Below are positions 9,338 to 17,387 of a stretch of 64,000 nucleotides of DNA, one piece after another. The DNA lies in the IMG/VR virus record IMGVR_UViG_3300032770_000001, positions 372,001 through 436,000 of that record. One strand, 5' to 3'. Each line of letters opens with the position of its first letter. The stretch's first letter is position 1. Under the pieces are notes generated by a model, which made no database searches, was not told the origin of the DNA, and worked only from the letters and a program-made list of their open reading frames with translations. Position numbers and translations under genes: made by a program.

Positions 9338-9494
9338 GCCTTCATCTATTAAACCTGAAGGCATATTACAGTCGTGTGAAAATATTAAGGGGCAGCCCTG
9401 TTCCGATTCTAACGGCACTGCTCAAGGCTGCCCCAATCCATTTGAAACAAGTACGGGGCACATACGTCCCCTCAACACTAATAGAATACCGTAG

Positions 9495-10526
9495 TTAGGC
9501 TACGATTTCCACTGTTTCTTTAACTTTTTTGCGTCCACGGCGGCTCGCCGCTTTGGATCGCACTTTTGGGTCGAGAAATGTACGGCCTAACTCTTTCAAA
9601 CGCATACGTTGACGGTTGAACACGGTCTCGCTGACTCCCAGTGAACGGGCGGCTTCACCCTGCGTGGGAGCGTGCGTGATCGCATCAATCACAGCAACCA
9701 TGTCCGGGTCTTTCTCGGCGACGAAGGCACGGAATTCAGAGGCGACCAACGAAGATTCGTATTGACGCTCTCTTTCCTCTGTTTGATGCATGAGCATTTC
9801 CGAATGTGCGTGACAGTAGGCATCGTCTACGACATCGAAGGCTTCATTGTGGTTGGTGTTGTCAATAGTTGTAACCAGAGACAAATTTCCCGCACGGCAG
9901 ACCGGGTTCTTCTGCTTCTTGCTGTACACGGTATTGAATTTGTTGGCAAGGCAGAAATTTACATAAGCACGAAAGCGACGTTCGCTCGCCCCGTACTGCT
10001 GAATGGGGTCGAACGTTTCAATAACGTCAGTGCAACCGTTCTGACGACCATTCGCACCCGGCTTACGGTGCTTGCTTGTCTGAGGCAGATACTTCATGTG
10101 GATGATGAGGTCTTGCGTCCAGTCCTGCACATCCTCATCGATGGTAAAACGACCGAGTCTTTTCTTCACCCAATTGCGGATGTAGTTGGGGTAGCGTTCG
10201 TAGAACTCGTTGAAGTCACGCGGCACGCGGAATTGATCGTCACCGCCGATGTAGTGCCCGGTTTTCGGGTCGATGAGAATTTTGTCGCACTTCGGATTCG
10301 AAATGACAACCGGAATCGGATCGGTCACAACGCCGGGACGGATGTACCACAGCCCGTCACGGCAGTCCGCGATCTGAAGCAGTTCATTGATGACAGGAAG
10401 CTGCCAACTCCCGTGGCATTCCTGCGGCATACGTTCTTGTATTAGGGCGTAAAGTTGATCGAGAGTCTTAGGATATTGAATGAGTGAAACGGCCAGAAGA
10501 TTTCCAAATATCAAGCCAGCTACCAT
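9495..10526 (-). CDS. Sigma-70/ECF-like transcription factor
   Basis: Region-2-like YPNYIRNWVKKRL..DVQDWTQDLIIH...FRAYVNFCLANKF; C-terminal HTH TQGEAARSLGVSETVFNRQRMRL. Confidence 0.6.
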   Translation of the reverse strand: MVAGLIFGNLLAVSLIQYPKTLDQLYALIQERMPQECHGSWQLPVINELLQIADCRDGLWYIRPGVVTDPIPVVISNPKCDKILIDPKTGHYIGGDDQFRVPRDFNEFYERYPNYIRNWVKKRLGRFTIDEDVQDWTQDLIIHMKYLPQTSKHRKPGANGRQNGCTDVIETFDPIQQYGASERRFRAYVNFCLANKFNTVYSKKQKNPVCRAGNLSLVTTIDNTNHNEAFDVVDDAYCHAHSEMLMHQTEERERQYESSLVASEFRAFVAEKDPDMVAVIDAITHAPTQGEAARSLGVSETVFNRQRMRLKELGRTFLDPKVRSKAASRRGRKKVKETVEIVA

Positions 10527-10698
10527 ATTTCTCCAACCATCAAGTTAACGAAAATCCGGGCTCCGAACAATCAGGAGCACGGTACTAACACTTCAGACGA
10601 AGTGTTGCCTCTCTAGTAAACTGCGGACCGTATCTCAACAGTTAACAGCGTGGCATCCTGTTTGTAACACAGGATTTCGGGGAACGCAAGCATCGGAG

Positions 10699-10953
10699 TT
10701 ACTTTCGTGGTTTCGCCTTATTTTCGACTGCGGGGGCCGGGGCGGCGGCAGAGCCGGAGCTAACGTCGGCGGGTGCTGCAAGTCCCTCAAATGAAACGGA
10801 AATTTTGTCGAGATTCTTTCTGAGTTTGCGCTTGATCGTGCGGCAAGGAACAGTTCGACATACCTGCTGAAATTCTTCCAGAGTGCGCTCTAAAGCGATC
10901 CGGCTCGCCGCTATCGGTGTGACAGGAATCAAAGAGTCAATGTTGATTGCCAT
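10699..10953 (-). CDS. Hypothetical protein
   Basis: ORF with AGGAG RBS. Confidence 0.6.
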   Translation of the reverse strand: MAINIDSLIPVTPIAASRIALERTLEEFQQVCRTVPCRTIKRKLRKNLDKISVSFEGLAAPADVSSGSAAAPAPAVENKAKPRK

Positions 10954-10975
10954 AAGCTATCTCCTCAGGTCGCTC

Positions 10976-11398
10976 TTACTCCTTCACCGCGTCGATCAGT
11001 TGCTCGACAACTCGCTGGAATCCGTTCATGATGACCATTTGATTCTGACCGAGCAGTTTTTGTTCCGCCATCATTTCACGAATCAATCCGAGTTGTTCGG
11101 CATGTCTGTCAGCTTGCTGGTGAATGGCATCAGCCAACTGATGGACGCTTGTAGCCAGTTCTTTTTGAGCATCGACCTGACTTTTCAGCAAATCCTTCAA
11201 CTCACCGTTACTGGTGACTACCGCTGTTAGCTGTTCCTCGGCTTTGGTTGTACGAGTTTTCGCATCCGCCAAGAACCCACGAAGCTTCCAAGTTGCTGAA
11301 ATGATTCCGCCAATGACGGTTGTCCAACCGATAGACGGTAGCCACTGAAGAAGTGCCTGCCAAGGGGTCTGGGGCGCTTGGATTGCTTGTATGAACAC
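10976..11398 (-). CDS. Membrane-anchored coiled-coil protein
   Basis: N-terminal TM segment followed by heptad-rich region. Confidence 0.6.
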   Translation of the reverse strand: MFIQAIQAPQTPWQALLQWLPSIGWTTVIGGIISATWKLRGFLADAKTRTTKAEEQLTAVVTSNGELKDLLKSQVDAQKELATSVHQLADAIHQQADRHAEQLGLIREMMAEQKLLGQNQMVIMNGFQRVVEQLIDAVKE

Positions 11399-11451
11399 GA
11401 GTCCTCCGGGTAGAACCTAGCCCTATAGAATGATCGGGTATTTCGGAAATT

Positions 11452-13557
11452 TTACCGCATTCTTTTGCCGCCCATTTTTCGGACCCAACGTGGGTCTGAA
11501 CGGCGTCCTGCGCCGGGGATTCCCGGCGTTCCCATACCCGGCACCCCGCCGCCCATGCGCTGCATACGCTCGCGAAGACGGAGTTCCGCCATGCTGACAC
11601 CCTCAGTGGAAATCAGGCGTCCGGCACCACGGGCTGCCTGCTGTTGAACCACGAGCGAACGGCCTGTCGGGTCGAGTCGCAGGTTGCCCTGTTCGATGAG
11701 CCATTTCTGAGCGAGCAGAGCCACAAGCTGAGTCGCGTCCACCATGTCGTCATGGGCTCCCTTTTCAATCGGGGCGTGCACGCGGATGCGATACTTGGAT
11801 ATGACATCGGTTTCCACCATCTTGATTTCATCCACGTATTTCTGGATGTCGGGGAAGAAGGCGGTTTTGTCGTTGATGAAACCACGGAGAGCATACGCCA
11901 TCTCCGAGTTGATCGCCGGGGTCAGGTTCACAAGCTCCATGCCGCGAATGTCGTTCTGTTCGAGCAGGGCGATAAGCTGACGACCTGCGTGTTGGTCGCA
12001 GACACCTTGGTAGCATGGCAACTGTTTGTTCATGTAGTTCAGCCATACGAGCACGTCACCCAGCGGCAGAACTTGGAAGTCTACGTATTTCTTCTTACCT
12101 TCCGGATCAGGTTTGACGCCCGGACCTATGAATTCTTCGCCGCAGATCATGCGGTCGATGTAGTCATAAACGAGCACGATACCGTGGTTGACGCCTTGAA
12201 CTTCAGGACGCTGACGGAACTCAAGGTGACCGATAGCCAGAGCGGTAGCGTCAGACGCGGTCGAATTCGGATCGGTGACGTTGATGCCGCCAAGGTCAAG
12301 ACCCCAGAAGTATTGGCGTCCCAACTGCTCAAGGCTGAATCGGGTAAGATTCTTACGACCGGGATCGATACATGCACGCACGTCCACTTCGCGGACATAC
12401 GATTCGGACGATTCCAAGAATTGTCCGCCGTATTCGGCCTTGAAAGTCAATGGGTTCTTACGGTGCTTGTCACGCAAGAAGCCCGGTTTGAGGGCTGGGT
12501 TCATTTCCGCTGATGAACAGGCAAGCACGAACGTGGGGTTGTCGTCGTTGACGCCATCTTGCAATGCCATCTTGTAAAGGTCGTACATCATACCGACCTT
12601 CTTGAGAGGCGAGGAGATCGACAGAATCATCGAGTCCTGATATTGAACTTTCTGGGTGACTCGCTTACCGTTCTCATCGAGAACCGGATTCCCATTCTCA
12701 TCTTCAGCATCGACAGTTTCGTAGTGATGGAAATCACCAGCAGCCGGGGTTGCGGCGACGTACATGTCTTCTGACGTTGAACCTTTTTCGGAACGGAAGT
12801 GAGCGAACTCGTCCAATGCTAGGAAGACCGATGAAGGGCCGCGCACGGCGTTGGTGGTGCAAGGCAGTGACCACACAACGACCGATGGCTTAGCGTCTTT
12901 GCGATCTTGATCGGCACGCGAACGGAACGTCAGGCTCTTTGAGTTGTTGTCTTTCAGGTAACCATTGAACCACTGCGCACGGTTGACGGCAGCCGAGAGT
13001 TTCTTGAACAAACGTCCGGCTCCGGTTTCGTCCTGAGCAAGGAAAGTGAAATCAATCTGTGAGCCATCTGCCATGCCGAAGTGCTGCTGCGGCGAGTAGA
13101 TATTGAGAAGCAGGTAGAGGCGGTACGCGGCGATGGCGGCGACAAGTTCAGATTTACCACCACGGCGACCGCAGAATATGACGCCTTCGTTGAAGCCACG
13201 AGCCGGGATGTCCCGCCAGTCGTCGATGTTGCAGCGACCCTCTTCGTAGCAGATATGCAGGTATTCTTCTTCCGTGACTGTGCGAATGAGTTGGTCACGG
13301 AAAGTGTTCCACATGGGCACCATGCCCCATGGGGTGCCGTCCGGTTGCTTGATAGTGTCCGCCCAGTACGGCTTATAGTCGAAGGGAACCGCACACAGAG
13401 CCTTGAGGATCACTCGCTGAACGGGGCGCAGAATAATGCCCGTGCCGCCCGGTCCTTCGACGAAGTCGATGGCGTTCAGCTTATGTGTTGGGTCATCGAT
13501 ATGGTCGAGCGTCAGATCGGCTACGACCGACTTATTCTTACCACGTTGAATCGGCAT
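11452..13557 (-). CDS. terL: Terminase large subunit
   Basis: LRPVQ adenine-binding motif, Walker A CGRRGGKS, Walker B LALDE, coupling ISSP, nuclease GLDLG and HDDMVDA. Confidence 0.92.
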   Translation of the reverse strand: MPIQRGKNKSVVADLTLDHIDDPTHKLNAIDFVEGPGGTGIILRPVQRVILKALCAVPFDYKPYWADTIKQPDGTPWGMVPMWNTFRDQLIRTVTEEEYLHICYEEGRCNIDDWRDIPARGFNEGVIFCGRRGGKSELVAAIAAYRLYLLLNIYSPQQHFGMADGSQIDFTFLAQDETGAGRLFKKLSAAVNRAQWFNGYLKDNNSKSLTFRSRADQDRKDAKPSVVVWSLPCTTNAVRGPSSVFLALDEFAHFRSEKGSTSEDMYVAATPAAGDFHHYETVDAEDENGNPVLDENGKRVTQKVQYQDSMILSISSPLKKVGMMYDLYKMALQDGVNDDNPTFVLACSSAEMNPALKPGFLRDKHRKNPLTFKAEYGGQFLESSESYVREVDVRACIDPGRKNLTRFSLEQLGRQYFWGLDLGGINVTDPNSTASDATALAIGHLEFRQRPEVQGVNHGIVLVYDYIDRMICGEEFIGPGVKPDPEGKKKYVDFQVLPLGDVLVWLNYMNKQLPCYQGVCDQHAGRQLIALLEQNDIRGMELVNLTPAINSEMAYALRGFINDKTAFFPDIQKYVDEIKMVETDVISKYRIRVHAPIEKGAHDDMVDATQLVALLAQKWLIEQGNLRLDPTGRSLVVQQQAARGAGRLISTEGVSMAELRLRERMQRMGGGVPGMGTPGIPGAGRRSDPRWVRKMGGKRMR

Positions 13558-13602
13558 CTACTTAAAGGATTCGGTATTGGGAGGATTTAATTTGGTAGGA
13601 GC

Positions 13603-13640
13603 AAAAGCTGGGGGCGACAGATGCGTAGTCTGTCGCCCCT
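13603..13640 (-). terminator. Strong hairpin / terminator
   Basis: GGGGCGACAGA/TCTGTCGCCCC 11-bp stem followed by CAGCTTTT. Confidence 0.6.
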
Positions 13641-13697
13641 GAGAACTCCTCCCACACATGGTGGGTGAGCTACTAATGCATTGGAAAGTTCAAAATT

Positions 13698-13803
13698 TGG
13701 AGACCCGGACGGGAGTTGAACCCGCAACCACCCGGTTAACACCGGGTGCTCTGTTGAGGTCTGGGTTAGGGCCAGCCGCTCTGCCTGATTGAGCTACCGG
13801 GTC
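13698..13803 (-). tRNA. Atypical tRNA-like gene with two anticodon-like arms (nominal CUA and GUU)
   Basis: Perfect acceptor stem GACCCGG/CCGGGTC-T-CCA, D arm GCTC/GAGC, T arm GCGGG-TTCAACT-CCCGT; 106 nt. Confidence 0.75.
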
Positions 13804-13809
13804 GTTTTC

Positions 13810-13971
13810 CTAATCACCCTCAGTATCTCGCGTGTACTCGATTGAGTCAATAATGAGCACGCCTTCGGTATCGCGATGACAGCGAGCGGTAACACCGTAA
13901 TCGCCTTTCGGATCGCCGAGGTCAAGTCCCCAGAAATACGTTGTCGCGAGACCTTGATTCTGAGTGTCCAT
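13810..13971 (-). CDS. 53-aa mini-protein resembling the start of the TerL nuclease domain (not in ORF track)
   Basis: MDTQNQGLATTYFWGLDLGDPKGDYGVTARCHRDTEGVLIIDSIEYTRDTEGD; YFWGLDLG is identical in TerL; GGAG RBS. Confidence 0.65.
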   Translation of the reverse strand: MDTQNQGLATTYFWGLDLGDPKGDYGVTARCHRDTEGVLIIDSIEYTRDTEGD

Positions 13972-14030
13972 CACAGCCACTCCGTGCCCACGACTTCTTC
14001 ACCACCGCCCATGTTGACCCCCCTGATTAG

Positions 14031-14228
14031 CTAATACTGTGGTAGGCGTCTGATGCCAGCCCGAACTATTGTGACGCGCCCCTGACCCTCACCTTCTTGA
14101 GTCCCCGGAGCTTCCAGCCATTCGTCCCACTCGTCGCCCTCGTAGTCGATCTGATCGAGCATACCCTTCCAATCCTCGCGGATCAGGACACGGGTTTGTG
14201 CCTTCGATTTGATCTTGATCTTTGCCAA
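14031..14228 (-). CDS. Hypothetical protein
   Basis: TTG start just after the 1051-aa gene; ends in TAG. Confidence 0.5.
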   Translation of the reverse strand: MAKIKIKSKAQTRVLIREDWKGMLDQIDYEGDEWDEWLEAPGTQEGEGQGRVTIVRAGIRRLPQY

Positions 14229-14231
14229 GGA

Positions 14232-17200
14232 TTATTCCTTGGTGCCGCAGACGAACTTGTACTTCGCGATCATGCTGTCCGTATCGATATTCTCAATGCG
14301 AACGAACACTTCATACACGAAGCCGCCGCCGTCTCCCTCATGCCAGACTGCTGCCTGTGCGAACGCGGTATTGATGGCGTCCTGCACTTCGCTATCTGTC
14401 AGCTTGTCGAGCAGATACTTCACGCGACTCTGGGTGTTGACCAAGTTGAAGCTGGACAGACCTTGCGGCTGCTCGATGTTGGCAAGCTGGATTTCACCAG
14501 TGCCCGGAACCTTGTCTAGGATCGGACGGTTGGTGACTTTGAATGCCGCCACGAACGTCGCTGCGATCTCACCGCAGACTTTCTGGAGGAAGAGAGCAAA
14601 TTGTTTTGCCTCATCAGCACCAGCGATCTTACCTGCGATTGCTTTCAGCGCCGGGCCGCCCGTGTAGTTGGCGTGATACTCTTCCATGAACATCTGTCCA
14701 GCCCCACGGTTGTTGACCTTGCTGTGACCATCGGCTGCCGGATCGGTAGCCTTCTTCGAGGCAATCGAATTGATCGCCTTGCCGGGAACCGTGCTCTGGT
14801 TCATGAAGAACTCATCATAGAACATCGGCCCGCGAATTTCATCTTCCTTGCGGAACGGTGCGCCTTCGAGAACCTGCGGCTTGCCGTCGCGACCGATGCC
14901 CATAGCACCAGCCGGATCAGTTGAAACATACGCCACGATGGTTGGATCGAGGCTGGCTTCGACCGCCGCTTCGATTGCCTGCTCGGACGGAAGTTCATGC
15001 GCATCGCCGGAGATGTCCGGGTAGAGCATTGGTGAATTGGTCGCGTTTGGATAGTCCACGATCTCGTGCTGGAGATCGGGATAGAACTCTTTCACGACCT
15101 GACCGGGGAAGAACAGGTTAAAGCCTGCTTCCTTCTCGATATCCTCCGGCGACTTGGCTGCGCCTTCGCCAGCCTTCTTGCCTTCAGTTTCGGTGTGCGG
15201 CTTCTCCTGCCATTCCTTGCAGTTCGTTCCCTTCTCGTGCATGTTCCAGTGACCCTGCGTCTTGCAGTAGCCGACCGTCTTACCGTTGGTGTCCTTGGCG
15301 GAAGTTTTGAGTGGGGAGCCCTCATACTTCGCCGGATCGATACCATATTCGGCAAGAATCGAACGAGACGTAGCTTTATCCGGCCCGCCCATCACGCCGA
15401 CCATCGCATCGGGCATCTGAAGCGTCTTGATGGCAATCTTCAACTGGTGCCACTCTGGTGAGCCCTTAGCGGGCATCGGCTTTGCTGCTGTTTTGAGTGA
15501 ATTCATTTTGATCCCCATATCTTTCAACATCTTGTCATCAGCCTTGCTGGTCTGCGGATACGCATCCGGATTCTGGAGGCGCTCTTCATCCATAGCCGAC
15601 GTTGCAATCTCTTCCCAATCCAAATCGCCCAGTTCTTCTTCCCACGAACTGGTGCCGCCGATGTCATAGAAGAGACCTTTGAACTGGTCGCCGTAGTATT
15701 TCACTTTCTGCTCACGGCTCATGCTCTGAAGCTGTTCCTGCGTCGGTTTCGGAGCCCCGCCTTCCAACTGCTCACGCTCATACTGACCACGTTCGCTACG
15801 GGCATCCTCAGCGTTTGCAGCGGCGAAATCGCGGGTCTCTTTCTCCTGTTTCTTAAAGAAACGGGCAAACTGGTTGCCCAGTTCCGCAGGTGTCATGCCC
15901 TTCTTCAAAGCATTGCGAGTCAGATTGATCTTCGTGTTGTACGAGGCTTCCGTGTTGTCAATCAACAGAGCCACGTGCCACGTCAACCAATTCGACCAAC
16001 CGTTGTAATCTGCCTTCTTACAGAGGGCGATTTTGCTACCGAACTTGGCTTTCGCTTTCTTCTCGAAATCCGCCGCCGCCTTCTTGGTCGAAAAGTGCGC
16101 GATGCGAACCTTGCCTTGCAGGGTGAAAGCGATGTGAGCCGATCCACGCTTGAAGGTGAAGACTGTATCCTTGCCGTCATCCTTACCTTCCACTTCACTG
16201 TAGATGTTGATGCCGCGCTCCTGAAACCACTGCGCTGCCTCAGCCGTCGTATTCACGTGTCCGGCTTCTTCAACCGTTCCCATCTCATCGCGAATTACGC
16301 AAGTCAATGGGCGAGTCGGTGAGACTTCGCTGTGCTTCTCGAAGTTCGGTGGGTGACCATTCAGGTCTACGCCGCCGAACGGCCCTCCTGCTGGTTGCAG
16401 GGTATTTTTGTCGCCATGTTCTCCCCCAATCGGTGCGGTGTCGATGTGGCGAGTGTCATTCGGATTCTCGGCATCAGTCGCCCCATGCTTATGGGACTCC
16501 ATGTTCTTCAAGCCTTCTTTGGCCGCGCCTTCAGACTTGAAGGATTCCAGAATCTTATCGGTGTCGTGCTGCTTGATGCACCATTCCGCCAATTCACCCT
16601 TTGAATTGCGGTGACCGGGGCACTTGCTCACATACGCCACTTTGTTCTTAGCGGTGACGTTGATGTTGATCGTCACGCCCTTACCTGCCGGGATCGAGAC
16701 GGACGAGCCGCCTGCTTCCGCTTTATCCTTGGCAGCTTCAACCTCTTCCTGCTTCTGATCGATGGGTTTGCCAATCTCCATCTCAGCCTGACCTTCGATG
16801 GCATCCTTGATCGCCGTTACATTTGGACGTTCAGTGTGCTTGATGTCACCGTCAGTGACCGGAACACCTGCCTCTTCGTGTGTGTTCTCGGTGAACTCCT
16901 GTTTCTCCTGCACACCACCGGGTTGGTCGGCGATCTGCTCTTGCTTCTGAGCGATGTTGTCCATCACGGCTTCCATCTTCTCACCCAGATCGTTATCGCT
17001 CTGGATGATGGCGGCTGCCGATTTCTTAGCGCCCTGTTTCGGCTGATTCTTCATGTCCTCGAACAATTCCTCTTCGCTCGCATACTGCTTGGCGTCTGGA
17101 GGAACGAGGAATACGTCGTAGGTCTTGTGACGAGTTTCCACGATGAACACCTGCTGACCTTCCGGCGTCAAATACAGCAGATGATCCGGACTGTAAGCAT

Positions 17201-17387
17201 ACGGGCTGGGAATTTCTGGAATGCGCTTAATGCGCTTGCCCGTATCCTGCAAGGTATCCATGTAGCGGCTCAAGCCAACGTGTGACGTGATGCGCTTGAT
17301 GCGCTTCGCCGGGAGTTCGCCTTCAGCTTTCTTCTCGTACTCCCCGACCTTTGCGTATTCTTTCAGAGCTTCGATGTTAATTGGCAT
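14232..17387 (-). CDS. Large acidic multi-module protein (putative internal head polyprotein)
   Basis: Modules separated by KKA/KVA/KTA/KEA; includes a YNGWSNWLTW module. Confidence 0.7.
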   Translation of the reverse strand: MPINIEALKEYAKVGEYEKKAEGELPAKRIKRITSHVGLSRYMDTLQDTGKRIKRIPEIPSPYAYSPDHLLYLTPEGQQVFIVETRHKTYDVFLVPPDAKQYASEEELFEDMKNQPKQGAKKSAAAIIQSDNDLGEKMEAVMDNIAQKQEQIADQPGGVQEKQEFTENTHEEAGVPVTDGDIKHTERPNVTAIKDAIEGQAEMEIGKPIDQKQEEVEAAKDKAEAGGSSVSIPAGKGVTININVTAKNKVAYVSKCPGHRNSKGELAEWCIKQHDTDKILESFKSEGAAKEGLKNMESHKHGATDAENPNDTRHIDTAPIGGEHGDKNTLQPAGGPFGGVDLNGHPPNFEKHSEVSPTRPLTCVIRDEMGTVEEAGHVNTTAEAAQWFQERGINIYSEVEGKDDGKDTVFTFKRGSAHIAFTLQGKVRIAHFSTKKAAADFEKKAKAKFGSKIALCKKADYNGWSNWLTWHVALLIDNTEASYNTKINLTRNALKKGMTPAELGNQFARFFKKQEKETRDFAAANAEDARSERGQYEREQLEGGAPKPTQEQLQSMSREQKVKYYGDQFKGLFYDIGGTSSWEEELGDLDWEEIATSAMDEERLQNPDAYPQTSKADDKMLKDMGIKMNSLKTAAKPMPAKGSPEWHQLKIAIKTLQMPDAMVGVMGGPDKATSRSILAEYGIDPAKYEGSPLKTSAKDTNGKTVGYCKTQGHWNMHEKGTNCKEWQEKPHTETEGKKAGEGAAKSPEDIEKEAGFNLFFPGQVVKEFYPDLQHEIVDYPNATNSPMLYPDISGDAHELPSEQAIEAAVEASLDPTIVAYVSTDPAGAMGIGRDGKPQVLEGAPFRKEDEIRGPMFYDEFFMNQSTVPGKAINSIASKKATDPAADGHSKVNNRGAGQMFMEEYHANYTGGPALKAIAGKIAGADEAKQFALFLQKVCGEIAATFVAAFKVTNRPILDKVPGTGEIQLANIEQPQGLSSFNLVNTQSRVKYLLDKLTDSEVQDAINTAFAQAAVWHEGDGGGFVYEVFVRIENIDTDSMIAKYKFVCGTKE

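Noticed and set aside
11452-13557. Intein or intron in terL
   Set aside because: Only short insertions (e.g. DAEDENGNPVLDENGKR); no C...HN intein ends or LAGLIDADG motifs, and the ORF is uninterrupted.
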